A stretch of 64,000 nucleotides of DNA from a bacterium. GTDB lineage: Bacteria > Hinthialibacterota > Hinthialibacteria > Hinthialibacterales > Hinthialibacteraceae. The position numbers were made by a program, and so were the translations under genes. Below the pieces are notes generated by a model. That model was given only the letters and a program-made list of their open reading frames with translations. It searched no databases and was not told the DNA's origin. The stretch covers positions 12,390 to 76,389 of the forward strand of contig JBHGBC010000014.1 of NCBI GenBank assembly GCA_041946805.1, in the 5' to 3' direction. Shown in pieces: positions 38,551 through 50,949 of this stretch. Positions within the stretch are counted from its first letter, which is position 1; each line of letters opens with the position of its first letter.

Positions 38551-40671
38551 TTGACGCGCCGGCTGAACCATGCATCCACATCTTTCAGAAATTCCCGCAC
38601 CCGCATGCGAAATCCATTGACCGCCTTTTGGGGAATGAATCGGAGTGACGATCCGGATTCCACCTATTTCTCTCCCCTTCTTAACGCCATCCGGAATCAG
38701 AGTCATCCTTTGCGGCTTTGTGTTTTTCATACGGGAATGTTTTTGTGGCTTTTCCCCCGGCTGGATCTGCCCGTGCTGGACGACGCCAACTATTTCGGCC
38801 ATGGCGTTCTCTTCGCCAAGTCCGGCCAGCCGTTGTATGGCGACTTGTATCCCCTGCAGACCTATTTCGCCGCCGGGCTCCACCAACTGCTGCCGTTTTC
38901 CAATGTTTGGGCGTATGCGGTTTATGCCTGGTTCAGCCAGTTGATCTTTCTGCTGGGAGCATACGTCTTCATCCAGGCGTTCACCCGGAATGCCGGATGG
39001 ACGTTTCCGGCCGTCATCCTGGTGGCGGTGTCCGTATCTTATCCGTTCAACCTGAATGTCCAACTTTTCCCCGCCGGGGTGCTGTTGTGTCTTCTGGCCT
39101 GGATGGAATCCAAAAAATCCCTCGATCTCTGGTTTTCCATCTCACTGATCGGTATTGCTTATCTCTTGCGAGCTGAATACAGCCTGATCGCGGCGGGCTT
39201 CGCCCTGCGCGGCCTGTACCGGCCGATGAAAAACCACTCGATCCCGCGGATGTTTCTCCCGGGATATTCTTCGCTGGCGGTAGTGGTACTGGCGTTGGCC
39301 GCCGCCTGGCCGGTGACCTCCGGGGGAACCTGGACGGGGCGTTTTCATCATGAATTCGAAATCCAATTCGCCCGCTTCGCCCAGGAGAAAGGAATGTATG
39401 AACCGGCGGGGCTTTCCCCCTCCGCTCCGCCTTCCGAGGCCGTTAACGCCTTTTTCCCCCTCCGGCAACGGCGGATGGCGTTCCTGGCGGAGTGGTGTCC
39501 CGTGCTCGCCACCGCCAGCGCCAATCCGGGGCGGTTCCTCGATTTCCTCACGCGTCAGGCCTCGCCCTTCTGGCGCGGTGATTTTTCATTCAGCGAATCC
39601 CGGGCCCTCTCGTCGTTTCTGAGTTTATACGTCGTGATCAGCCTGTTCATCCTGCTCGGAGTGGTTTTTCACCGACGGCAGTGGGATTATCTGTCCTTCC
39701 TCTATTACAGCGCGGTTTTCGCGGCAGGCGCGCTTCCCGTCTTATGCGGTTCGCCCACCCGCCACCACCTCCTGCCCGCGATCGTCTGGTTCGTGGGGGT
39801 GATTCCCTCGCTGTGGCTGACGTCCTCCCCCCACGCGCGCCTCTTTTTGTGCGGCCTGATCACCGCCGCCGTATTCAACCAGGCTCCCCATTGGACCGGG
39901 GAATTCCAGAAACGGCAGGGTGAACGCAGCTGGCAGCGGGCCGATTTTGTAACGGCCGCCGCGCGCCGCGAATCGCTCGACAACATCTCCCTGGCCGAGC
40001 CGTACCCGATCTTCAGCGTGGCTTTCTGCCGGCCGGTGGGGACCTCCTCGGATTACCAGGCCGCCTGGGACGGCGCCGGGCATTTCCGCTCCAATGGCGG
40101 GACGGGCGCGGAGATTGAGTATGTGCTTCTTGAAGAATATCCTCCCGGCATGCCCGGCCCACCCGCCGAAGCCTTGATGCCGGTCTTGCGCCACAACGGG
40201 ACGCTCGTAAGGGAGGAAGGCCCCTTCGCCTTGTGGAAGGTGGAACCCGTGCATGTCTTCGTGACGGACGATCTGATCCAGGAGACCGATTTATGCCTGA
40301 GGACCGATATCGACCTGCCGGACAAACGCCAGTTGGTGGTCCGTTGGGACCTGCCCGGACACGCGTTCACCGATTTTCATATATGGGTCCAGGTGGATGG
40401 GGGGGAGGAGCAATACCTGGGGCGGACGGCGTCGGGGAAAGCCACGCGGTTTGTCTGGGAGGATAAATCCGGACTCCCAGTGGAAGAAGTCTCCCGGAAG
40501 GAGAATGAACCGGAGCTCGCCGGGGCGTTTCGATCCGGGCCGGAGTTGAACCACCGGTATGAGTTCATTCTGTATGGCATCCCGCCCGGGGTAAATCCGG
40601 AGCAGCCCCAGGCCCCCAAACCCCAACCTTTCTTCACCAAGGGATCATTGGAGTACCGCGAGGCCCGGTGA
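38551..40671 (+). CDS. Multi-pass membrane protein (GT-C-like) with C-terminal beta-rich domain
   Basis: LDDANY acidic loop, multiple TM helices, LRAEY. Start uncertain and probably downstream of 38551. Confidence 0.6.
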   Translation: MTRRLNHASTSFRNSRTRMRNPLTAFWGMNRSDDPDSTYFSPLLNAIRNQSHPLRLCVFHTGMFLWLFPRLDLPVLDDANYFGHGVLFAKSGQPLYGDLYPLQTYFAAGLHQLLPFSNVWAYAVYAWFSQLIFLLGAYVFIQAFTRNAGWTFPAVILVAVSVSYPFNLNVQLFPAGVLLCLLAWMESKKSLDLWFSISLIGIAYLLRAEYSLIAAGFALRGLYRPMKNHSIPRMFLPGYSSLAVVVLALAAAWPVTSGGTWTGRFHHEFEIQFARFAQEKGMYEPAGLSPSAPPSEAVNAFFPLRQRRMAFLAEWCPVLATASANPGRFLDFLTRQASPFWRGDFSFSESRALSSFLSLYVVISLFILLGVVFHRRQWDYLSFLYYSAVFAAGALPVLCGSPTRHHLLPAIVWFVGVIPSLWLTSSPHARLFLCGLITAAVFNQAPHWTGEFQKRQGERSWQRADFVTAAARRESLDNISLAEPYPIFSVAFCRPVGTSSDYQAAWDGAGHFRSNGGTGAEIEYVLLEEYPPGMPGPPAEALMPVLRHNGTLVREEGPFALWKVEPVHVFVTDDLIQETDLCLRTDIDLPDKRQLVVRWDLPGHAFTDFHIWVQVDGGEEQYLGRTASGKATRFVWEDKSGLPVEEVSRKENEPELAGAFRSGPELNHRYEFILYGIPPGVNPEQPQAPKPQPFFTKGSLEYREAR

Positions 40672-40787
40672 GAGAGAAGAGCCGCCGGGTTGTTGGCAAG
40701 GGGGAAATCTTTGTTTATACTATTGCGGTTTTACGCGCGAGACGAATCCTCGTTGAACAGTCTTACGAAAGCACTGGACCGATATCG

Positions 40788-43700
40788 ATGACGACCACCC
40801 CGCCGGCAGTTCCGGATCCATCCAGCCTGACCGACTGGGAGCGATGGGCTTCGCTTCTAGGCCGCTTGCTCCTGTTTCTGACCGCTTCCTTTGTCCCGCT
40901 GGTCTTCTACACCTGGACCTGGCAGCACTACCAGGTGCCCAAGGTGACGGCGTTTCAATTTCTGATGCTGGCGCTGACCGCTTGTTGGGCGGTGAACGCA
41001 TCCCGCCGGCGTTACGTCCGGGCGCCCTTGGCCACGCCGGCGGCCGCGTTTTTCCTGGCCGTGATGACCACCACCCTGGGGGCCGTAAACCTGGCGGAAG
41101 CCTGGGAAACCGTGGCGTTCACCTGCGCCAACATGCTTCTGATCGTGCTGGTCCCCAAGTTCCTCACCCGGTACAAGGATTACGAAATCCTGATCTATCT
41201 GTACGGGTTGATGTGCCTGCTGGTGGACCTGTACGCGCTCACCCAGTGGTTCGACTGGGAGAGTGTGTTCCGATACGCCGGTCCGTTCGGCTTCAAGGAC
41301 CTTAACACCCGCAAGCCGGTTTCGTTCATGGGCAACGAAAACTACGCGGCCGAGTTTCTCAACATGGCGCTGCCGTTGTGCGCGGCCATGATCCTGAACT
41401 ACCGCCGGCAGGCGGGCCCGTTCATCTTTTTCAGCGTGATCACCCTGCTGAACTGCGTCACCATGCTGTATATCGACTGCAACGCCTCGTATATGGGCTT
41501 TGCCGTGTCCACTCCCGTAACGCTGCTGTTGTGGATCTACTACAAGGGCATTCCCTGGTCGTTGAGCCGGGGGATCTTCCGCGTTTCACGGGCCGTGCTG
41601 GAGCGCCGGTTCCGCCACGCGCTGGTGGCGGGGATTCTTTCGTGCAGCGTGGGGGCGACGCTGCTCTGCGCCCTGCCCAATCCCCTCCGGACCCAGATCG
41701 TCTCGATGGTGACCTGGGTGGACGTGGACGGCGACCTGGCGCCGGACGGCGTCGCGCCCATCGTCTTCCGGCTGCAGTGCATGGACGCGGCCATCCGGAA
41801 CATATTCGATTCGCCCATCGCGGGCATCGGGGCGGGCAATTTCAAGGTCATGCACCCGTTGTATGAAAGCCAGTTGGAGCGCAAGGTGCTGGGCGAGGAA
41901 ACCCTGGCGCGCGAGGTGCACAACGACCATCTCCAGCACGCGGTTGAATACGGCGTCTTCGGGCAGTTCAGCTGGTATTGGATCATCACCGCCACGTTTT
42001 TCGGGATTTTCGCTTCGCTGCGGATCCTGGCCCATCAGCGGCTCCTGACCCGGGAAAATCAAGCGTTGGGCGATTCCACCCGGCTGGGGATTTTCACGCC
42101 CAAGCAGCGGGAGTTTTTCTTCTACCTGCAGCTCGGGACCGCCGGCGGCCTGCTGACCGCGCTGGTCAGTTGCGCCTTCGGCCATACGTTCATCATCGCG
42201 TCCGGCACGGTGACCTTTTGGATGCTGACCGGCATGAGTTCGGCCGTTTATCAGAAAATCCGGTTCGCCGTGCAAGGCATCCCGCTCTCCAACATGGGGA
42301 TCAGCCCGGAGCCGCTGACCCGCTGGCAGACCTTGACCCGCCGGATTCCCTCGTATGGCGCGGCGCTGACCGCCTTCGCATTGGTGATTCCCTTCGGGGC
42401 CTTGAACACCCGGCAGTTGATCGGCGAGACCTGGCTGCGCCAAGGGATGTCGTATCACGAAAGCGGAGATTATTACACGACCTTCAACTGCTTCCTCAAC
42501 GCCGAGCGGATCTATCCCTACCAGATGGAAACCTTTTACATTCTCGGACGCTATTACATCGATGCGGTGATGGCCTGCGAGAACGCGATCCTGGGCGGGG
42601 AGAAGGCGATGGAGAATCTGCCGCAGGGCCTGCGTCCGGATTACCTGCCGTATTACAACGAGCGCGGCATCGCCACGCTGCAGACCGACATCTTCATGAA
42701 TCCCAACTACAAATGGGCCTATAACAACCTGGGCGTGCTGTATGACCGGTATTTTGAATTGGTGAAACCCGATTCCTCCTTCCGCAAGTTTTTCAACATC
42801 CCCGACGATCCGGCGAAGGTGGCGGCCCTCGAGGAAGCCAGCCGCCTGACCTACGGCCGGGTGTTGAGTATCGACAAGGAGCAGGTCTACGCGCATTACA
42901 ACCTGGGACTGGGGGCTTTCAAACGCAAGGATTACAAGCAGGCCGCCGAGCGGCTCAACATGGCCCTGATGGTGGACCCGTCCCGGTATGAAATCTACCG
43001 CTACCTGGCCCAGTGCTTCATCAATCTGGAAGACTACACGCGGGCCTGCCGCGCCACAGACAAGTACCTGGAGAAGACCATCTACCAGCGGATCATGAGC
43101 CTCACCCATTCCTCGGAGGAGCGGAAAAAATACGCGTTGATTTTGGAATGTCTGGAAAAGGGCAACTACCTCCAGGCGGCCAAGCTCGCCCGGCAACAAT
43201 TGGATTGGCAAAACGACGAACTCCAGAACTTCTACCTGAAGATCGCCACCGAGTTGGCCAAGGACGAGAGCCAGCACGAAACCGCCCTGGCGGCCCTCGA
43301 AAAGGCCGAGTGGATGGTGGCCTCCCCCCCGCCGCAGATCCTCCTGTATTACGCGAAACTGTTCCAATCGCTCGGAAAACTGCCTTCCGCCGCGGAAAAG
43401 CTGGAGGAATACCACCGGCTGCGTCCGGAGGACGGCGATTACGCCCGGACCCTGCGCAACCTCTACGTGCAGCTGGGCGATCTCCCCAAGGCCGCCAATA
43501 CGTCCAGCGCCATCGTGCAACGCTTCCCGGACAACTGGCGGGACCTGATCACCCATGCCCGGATACTTCTGGGCACTCAAAAACCCTGGCCGCAAGTGTT
43601 TCCCTTCGTGCAACAGGCCATTCTCTCGGGCGGAGACGAAGCGCGGCAAACGGTGGCGGAAGACAAGCCCGGGAATTTCATCCATCTCTTCATCGACAAG

Positions 43701-43871
43701 GATCCCCGTCTGCAAGAACTGCTGGGGCCGCCCTTCGTGAAATCCCCCTCGCCGGCTCCGGCCCCGGCGCCCGTGCAACCATCCACTCCACCGGAAGCCC
43801 CAGGGACTGTTCCGGAGGCGACGGCCGCCCAGCCGGCGCCCACCGCGCCAGCGCCGGACGGCAACCGGTGA
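40788..43871 (+). CDS. O-antigen ligase/O-oligosaccharyltransferase-like protein with C-terminal TPRs
   Basis: SFMGNENYAAEFL, GIGAGNF, VHNDHLQHAVEYGVFG (Wzy_C His motif); TPRs; Pro/Ala tail. Confidence 0.85.
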   Translation: MTTTPPAVPDPSSLTDWERWASLLGRLLLFLTASFVPLVFYTWTWQHYQVPKVTAFQFLMLALTACWAVNASRRRYVRAPLATPAAAFFLAVMTTTLGAVNLAEAWETVAFTCANMLLIVLVPKFLTRYKDYEILIYLYGLMCLLVDLYALTQWFDWESVFRYAGPFGFKDLNTRKPVSFMGNENYAAEFLNMALPLCAAMILNYRRQAGPFIFFSVITLLNCVTMLYIDCNASYMGFAVSTPVTLLLWIYYKGIPWSLSRGIFRVSRAVLERRFRHALVAGILSCSVGATLLCALPNPLRTQIVSMVTWVDVDGDLAPDGVAPIVFRLQCMDAAIRNIFDSPIAGIGAGNFKVMHPLYESQLERKVLGEETLAREVHNDHLQHAVEYGVFGQFSWYWIITATFFGIFASLRILAHQRLLTRENQALGDSTRLGIFTPKQREFFFYLQLGTAGGLLTALVSCAFGHTFIIASGTVTFWMLTGMSSAVYQKIRFAVQGIPLSNMGISPEPLTRWQTLTRRIPSYGAALTAFALVIPFGALNTRQLIGETWLRQGMSYHESGDYYTTFNCFLNAERIYPYQMETFYILGRYYIDAVMACENAILGGEKAMENLPQGLRPDYLPYYNERGIATLQTDIFMNPNYKWAYNNLGVLYDRYFELVKPDSSFRKFFNIPDDPAKVAALEEASRLTYGRVLSIDKEQVYAHYNLGLGAFKRKDYKQAAERLNMALMVDPSRYEIYRYLAQCFINLEDYTRACRATDKYLEKTIYQRIMSLTHSSEERKKYALILECLEKGNYLQAAKLARQQLDWQNDELQNFYLKIATELAKDESQHETALAALEKAEWMVASPPPQILLYYAKLFQSLGKLPSAAEKLEEYHRLRPEDGDYARTLRNLYVQLGDLPKAANTSSAIVQRFPDNWRDLITHARILLGTQKPWPQVFPFVQQAILSGGDEARQTVAEDKPGNFIHLFIDKDPRLQELLGPPFVKSPSPAPAPAPVQPSTPPEAPGTVPEATAAQPAPTAPAPDGNR

Positions 43872-43945
43872 GGGTTCATCCCCCAGGGTTCCGCGCTGCC
43901 GCGCTAATCCATCCTGCTTGCTGCCCTACAGATATATCTCCATCA

Positions 43946-46213
43946 TTACTCTTCCACGACGAACCAGGTGATGGAGCGGGGTTGCATCTTCACCGGCAGA
44001 TCGAGACTGGAATCCCGTTTCAGTTCCATCCGGCGGCTTTCGCCTTCTTGTTCGCGGATGGAAACGGTTCCAGTGAGGCCTGTGTAATAGAGCGGCAGGC
44101 GCAAAGTCGTTTCGACTGCTTGGTCCAAGGGATTGTACACCATGGCCAGGCCCCGCTCTTTCAAGGCCGGATTGACGTGAAGAACGCAGTCGATCGATTT
44201 GTGATCCGGCCGGCGGACGTGAATGATGTCCGAAGTGAGGATGGCCCGGTATTTTTTGTAGAAATCAACCCACTTTTTCACCACCGCCTTGGTCTCGTCC
44301 GTGTCGAAAAGCCGGGGGCCGCGGTAGCAGGCGATCACCCCGCCGCCGAAATTCAACGCCAGATGCCATTCGTATTCGGTGAGATGTTCGGAGAGCGGTT
44401 CGAGGGTGGCCGCCGGGCCGCCGCCGTGGTATTCGACCAACGGGACGAACATCCAGCCCAGCGTGGGCGGCTTGAGCCAGGTCCCATCGAAGATGTTCTG
44501 GCGGGCGAGGAGAATCTGCCGCCAACGGGGCAAGCTCCAGTTGGTCTCGCGGTACCCCATGGGGAATTTCTGCGCGCCGTTGAAGTAGTAGCGGTCCGGG
44601 GTGTTGATATAGATCCCGCGCTGGAGGCAACGCGCGTAGAAATCCGAACAACGCCGCCATTGTTGGAATTGCGAATCCGCCAGGCCGCGGTGGTGGAGAT
44701 GGGTGGTGGCGGCGCACACGTCGCCGTGGTAAGGGCCGTCGGTTTCGATCATGTCCATGCCGGTGGCGTCGATGAAATTCAAGACACGGCGGAAATACCC
44801 GTCCGACCATTCACTCGCCAGGCACGCGCTCTGGCCGAATTTGCTCCCCGGTTTGCCGGTGGCGGGGTCGACGCAATTGTTTTCGGGGCCGGCATCCCGC
44901 GAGGCGCACATCAGGGTGTAACCGCCGATCTCGATCCCCTTGGAATGGGCGTATTCCACATCGGCCTTGAAGCGGGCGATGTAAGCGGGATCCTCGCTTT
45001 CCATGTCAAAGCCGCTCCAGAAGGTGAGAATGACCATTTCGAAGCCCACCGCCGCGCACTGGCCGATGGCCAGCCGCACGTGGTCCGAATCGGCGTTGCG
45101 GACGTGCATGAAGATGGGGTTCTCGGTGACCTGGGGCAGCAGGGTCCGGAGCATGCGGCGGATGGACAGGCCTTGGCGCTCGCGGTCGTCGCTGTCGTGC
45201 AGAATTTCAAAGACGGTATAGGATTCGAAGGATTCACCCGGCTCCAGCATCACACCGGGGCCGCGGGGATAGGAACTGGTGAAGAGCACCGGCGACTGAT
45301 AGAGGTAATCCACCTGCGAGGTGTACGCGAGGTCGGGGCCCCAGTGGCTGGTCTCCATGCCGTCGAAGGCGAAGGTGCTTTCCGCGTGAAAGCGGGCAGT
45401 TTGCGCTTCGTTCACGGCCAGGATCTCGACCGTGGCGGAATCGATATGGACATCGGCGGGCGTGCCGTTGGTGACCGAAATCCACTTGGCCATCACCGGA
45501 AGGCCGTCGTAGAGTTCGTAATGCACAACCACGTCCAGCCCTTTGTATTTCTCCATGGCTGGGGTGGGAGGATCGAAATGGACGGTCAGGGCGACGCCGC
45601 GCGGCGGCCAGGGGACGTTTTCGGAAAACCGCCGCGGCTGCCACGGAAAGCGCGCGCGGGGCGTTCCGGTTTCGAGGCGGGAATAGACGAAGGCGTGGGG
45701 ACCGGCCGGCATTTCGGCCAGCCACCGGGGATCGAGATATCCGAGATCCGGTTGGCCGGTGAGGCCGCCGATGTCATACGTTTCGCCATCGAGCGTGATC
45801 CGCGCCTCGGGCTTCACGCCGCGCAGCAGGCCGTCGCCGGTCAGGCGGTTAACGAGGTCGGCGGTGGCGATGTTCGGGCCGAGATAGAACACACGGGAGA
45901 CCAGGCCGTTGTCCATTGCCAGAAAGCACGGTTGATCCGGCTTTTGGGCGGGGATTTCATCACTTCCATCGATCTGGATTCCCGCCTGCTCGGCCACGGA
46001 TTGCACCAGCCAGTCGCCATCCCGCGGCTGGTAGAGATAAGCGGGATAATCCGGCTCGGCGGAAACGGTGGACAGGGCCGCGATGACGAAACCCAACGTG
46101 ATGCCAGTCGCATATTGAATACGTGGATTCAAAGCGAGTCTCCTCCAGGAAGGGATTGGAAAAAAGTAGAAGATCGCCAGGATTCTGTCAATTGACCCGA
46201 AGGGATGAACCAA
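43946..46213 (-). CDS. Secreted alpha-galactosidase-like (clan GH-D) protein
   Basis: AAVGFEMVILTFWSG, GIEIGGY, ACLASEW, DMIETDGPY. True start probably near 46135. Confidence 0.65.
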   Translation of the reverse strand: MVHPFGSIDRILAIFYFFPIPSWRRLALNPRIQYATGITLGFVIAALSTVSAEPDYPAYLYQPRDGDWLVQSVAEQAGIQIDGSDEIPAQKPDQPCFLAMDNGLVSRVFYLGPNIATADLVNRLTGDGLLRGVKPEARITLDGETYDIGGLTGQPDLGYLDPRWLAEMPAGPHAFVYSRLETGTPRARFPWQPRRFSENVPWPPRGVALTVHFDPPTPAMEKYKGLDVVVHYELYDGLPVMAKWISVTNGTPADVHIDSATVEILAVNEAQTARFHAESTFAFDGMETSHWGPDLAYTSQVDYLYQSPVLFTSSYPRGPGVMLEPGESFESYTVFEILHDSDDRERQGLSIRRMLRTLLPQVTENPIFMHVRNADSDHVRLAIGQCAAVGFEMVILTFWSGFDMESEDPAYIARFKADVEYAHSKGIEIGGYTLMCASRDAGPENNCVDPATGKPGSKFGQSACLASEWSDGYFRRVLNFIDATGMDMIETDGPYHGDVCAATTHLHHRGLADSQFQQWRRCSDFYARCLQRGIYINTPDRYYFNGAQKFPMGYRETNWSLPRWRQILLARQNIFDGTWLKPPTLGWMFVPLVEYHGGGPAATLEPLSEHLTEYEWHLALNFGGGVIACYRGPRLFDTDETKAVVKKWVDFYKKYRAILTSDIIHVRRPDHKSIDCVLHVNPALKERGLAMVYNPLDQAVETTLRLPLYYTGLTGTVSIREQEGESRRMELKRDSSLDLPVKMQPRSITWFVVEE

Positions 46214-46658
46214 CCCTGAGGATCATCCGGCACGTGTGTACTTTTTCAGACCGCCGGATCGTATCTCTTCGGAAGGATCGGTGAAAACCACTCCCCAAAG
46301 TCCCTCTTCCTCTGGGAGAGGGCCAGGGTGAGGGTATTTATGTTGGTTCTTGGTGTCCCCCCTGGGGGATCGATTGGACCTCATGATGTACGCGCTTCCC
46401 GGATGAAACTAACCTGAAGGGACGAATAGCGGCGGCCAGGCGGATGATGGCGGACCGCGCCGCGCGTCACGCCCGCCCTCCTGCCGCCCCCAGCCCAACC
46501 TTCCCCAACCGCGGCATCATCTTTAGACTGGAACGGCCACCTCCCCCGCAAACGACACCCGGGGATTGTGTTCTGATTTCTTTTGTTGGAAACTGGCGGG
46601 AATGAATCCAGGGGGATGGATTGGCTCATCGATCCCCGAACGCAAAGGAGGAAGCACC

Positions 46659-47513
46659 ATGATCATTCGACGGAGAGATTTTTTGATTTCCAGCCTGGGC
46701 GCGGCCGCCGGTTTGCACACGTCCGCCCTGGCCGCGATGGCGCAAACCGAGAGACGCAACCGCCCGCCCGCCATCGGGATTCAATTGTATTGCGTGCGCG
46801 GGGAATTTGAGAAAGACGTGCCGGGGACCCTCAAGAAAGTGGCCGAATTGGGTTACCAGGGCGTGGAGTTCTACGGCTACGGCGGCACGGAAAACGTATT
46901 CCAGGACTGGCCGGCCGAAAAACTCCGCGCGCTGTTGGATGAAAACAAAATCCGCTGCTGCGGCATCCACATGAGCGTCGGGGCGATTCAAGGGGACGCC
47001 CTGGCCCGCACGGTCAAAAACAACGAAATCCTGGGCAACCGCTTTCTGATCGTCGCCGCGGCGACTGACTACATGGAATCGCCGGAAAAAATCGGCCAGT
47101 TCGCCAAACTCCTCAACGAAACCGCCGAAAAAGTCCGCGAGCAGCGGATGCGGGTCGGCTACCATTGCCACGCATTCGATTTCAAGAAAATCAATGACCA
47201 AACCGGCTGGGATCTTCTCTTCAGCCAGGCCGCGCCCAATGTCGTGATGCAAGTGGATACCGGAAACTGCGCCGAAGGCGGCGGGGATCCGATCGCGATT
47301 TTGAAGAAATTCCCCAACCGGGCGGCCACGTTTCACGTCAAGGGATATGCCGGCGCGCCCCTGCAAGCCGATAATCCCGTCTGGAAGGAAATCATTCAAC
47401 TGTGCAAGGACCTGCACCGGACCCGGTGGTACATCGTGGAAGAAGGCGAAGCCGAAAACCAAGGTTTCGGTATCGCCCAAGCCAGCATCGAATGCCTGAA
47501 AAAGATGATCTAA
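46659..47513 (+). CDS. Tat-exported sugar phosphate isomerase/epimerase (xylose-isomerase-like TIM barrel)
   Basis: AAGGAGG RBS; RRRDFL; IGIQLYCVR, GYHCH, VDTGN, FHVK, YIVEE. Confidence 0.88.
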   Translation: MIIRRRDFLISSLGAAAGLHTSALAAMAQTERRNRPPAIGIQLYCVRGEFEKDVPGTLKKVAELGYQGVEFYGYGGTENVFQDWPAEKLRALLDENKIRCCGIHMSVGAIQGDALARTVKNNEILGNRFLIVAAATDYMESPEKIGQFAKLLNETAEKVREQRMRVGYHCHAFDFKKINDQTGWDLLFSQAAPNVVMQVDTGNCAEGGGDPIAILKKFPNRAATFHVKGYAGAPLQADNPVWKEIIQLCKDLHRTRWYIVEEGEAENQGFGIAQASIECLKKMI

Positions 47514-47552
47514 GCCCTTGGTATTATTGCCTTAGTCAAGCACATCGGTTAT

Positions 47553-47603
47553 CCAGCGGAGTTAGGGCTTTGATACACAAAGGCCAGGGCTCCGCTGTTG
47601 CTT
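47553..47603 (+). terminator. Long hairpin after the epimerase gene, possible terminator
   Basis: CAGCGGAG..CTTTG..CAAAG..CTCCGCTG followed by TTGCTTT. Confidence 0.4.
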
Positions 47604-48293
47604 TGAATGGGATTATGTAACCAGGACGGATCTGATGACAAAAAGGCTCATCCGGCCTGCGCGTCCATTTTCCAAAGGGGGTGACCGGTTTCCAACGGAT
47701 CAGGCCTGAGAGAACCACCCCAACTTCCCTCTCCCTTTGAGAAAGGACGAGGATAAGGAAAAGCCCTTTCGCTTTGGTTTACCTCTACCGGTTTCGTACC
47801 CTCTTTCACTTACCGGTAAAATGAGTCCCCTTCAAGAGACGGCTTTCCAGCAGCTCAGGATTTCAACCTTGGGCAAATGGCCTCGGATGTACCCACTGCT
47901 CGGATGAATCGTATACAATTCCCTCTTCCTCCGGGAAAGAGCCAGAGTGAGGTAAAGCCCTGAATGGGTGGAATACATACGGTTCATCCGAGAAGTGCAA
48001 ACATAATGAATAATGAGGTGAAAACGATTCCATTCACTCCGGGATGAGGGCGGACACCAAGCTCCGCCCCAACAATAATACCCTCACCCTCACCCTGGCC
48101 CTCTCCCAGAGGGAGAGGGAATTTTGGGGGGTGGTTTTCATCGATCAATTCGAAGAGATGCGAACCGGCGATTTGAAAAAAAGTACGCCCTTGCCGGATG
48201 AGCCATACATAATATGCGCGCCACCAGATAATCGTAACATGGTATTGTTTAATGCTAACTGTTGACGGAATTGCAGAGAAAACAAGAATTCCG

Positions 48294-48410
48294 CCCTTTC
48301 AGGGCTTCCCTCACCCTAACCCTCTCCCAGAGGGAGAGGGGATTATTCCTTTTGCCGTTCTTTTCCCAGGGCTTATGCCTGGGCTTTACTCATACCGCGC
48401 CGTTGGCGCT
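48294..48410. repeat. Second composite repeat (full copy at 63235-63339, partial copy at 50515-50590)
   Basis: CCCTTTCAGGGCTTCCCTCACCCTA(A)CCCTCTCCCAGAGGGAG...TGGGCT...GCGCC(G/A)TTGGCGCT in both full copies. Confidence 0.8.
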
Positions 48411-48662
48411 TAATAGCGGTACCGCAAGCCGGTAAATAGTTACGTTTTATCATATAATGGACAAACTCAACCGAATCTAGCGCCTTCTCCGCACCGCCTT
48501 CCGGATTGTACGTTTTGACAGTATCTTATATATACCATTGCTTCTTGCCTGCTCATCTCCGCCGCGTATCCAATCCCGGAAAGATATCGTGCGTTTTCCC
48601 GCGGGACGAGGATTTGATACACCGGCTCGTTTTATTTCCATCCAAACACACGGGAGTGTTTC

Positions 48663-50342
<1,680 letters not shown>

Positions 50343-50617
50343 AGGGAGATCCACGCTCAAGCGTTGCCGGATATACCTTTTTCATGTTCAGGGCTCATCC
50401 GGCAAGGACGTACTGATTAAACATAGCCGGTTCGCGCCGGTTCGCGGGGATCGATGAAAACCACGCCCTGCAATTCCCTCTCCCCGGGGGCGGGAATTCT
50501 TTCTTTCGCCGTCTTTTTCCCAGGGCTTGCTCCCTGTACTATACTCATGCCGCGCCGTTGGCGTTCTAAATCTGTACGGTCCGGTAAAAGTCACTCTTTT
50601 TTATAAGAAGGAGATGG

Positions 50618-50857
50618 ATGATGAATAGAAATGGGATGCTTCTCGTGCTGTTTCCGTTGGTGACTTTCACGTCGTGCGCCACGATCAGTCCGGAGATGGT
50701 CAAGGCGGAACGGACATCGTATAACGCCATCGCGCCGGATTATTTGAAATATGTCAACAGTGATGCCACGTTGTCGATCGATCAAAAAGTCAGCCGCAAT
50801 AGTCTGGTGCAATCCTGGGATGCACAGATCAAGAAATTAGAAGAAAAAGTGAAATAA
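50618..50857 (+). CDS. Small lipoprotein
   Basis: AAGGAG RBS; hydrophobic leader with FTSC lipobox. Confidence 0.7.
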   Translation: MMNRNGMLLVLFPLVTFTSCATISPEMVKAERTSYNAIAPDYLKYVNSDATLSIDQKVSRNSLVQSWDAQIKKLEEKVK

Positions 50858-50949
50858 AGTGATATAAAGTGAAATAAAAACCGGGAGGGGGATGAAATCC
50901 GAGCGCGGCGCGGTCCGCCCCGCATAGACGGTACTGCCGAATTCCCCCC

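Noticed and set aside
43013..46195. 1060-aa + strand ORF, and other long shadows (41586-43778, 17030-18835, 20001-21890, 5567-6847)
   Set aside because: They overlap well-supported genes in antisense or alternative frames and have low-information composition.
47513..48480. Possible CRISPR array in the repeat-rich intergenic kilobase
   Set aside because: The repeats are degenerate, differently oriented and irregularly spaced, and there are no cas genes.
48480..48662. Leader-peptide attenuator or T-box for ilvD
   Set aside because: I found no short Ile/Leu/Val-rich ORF with a terminator and no T-box motif.
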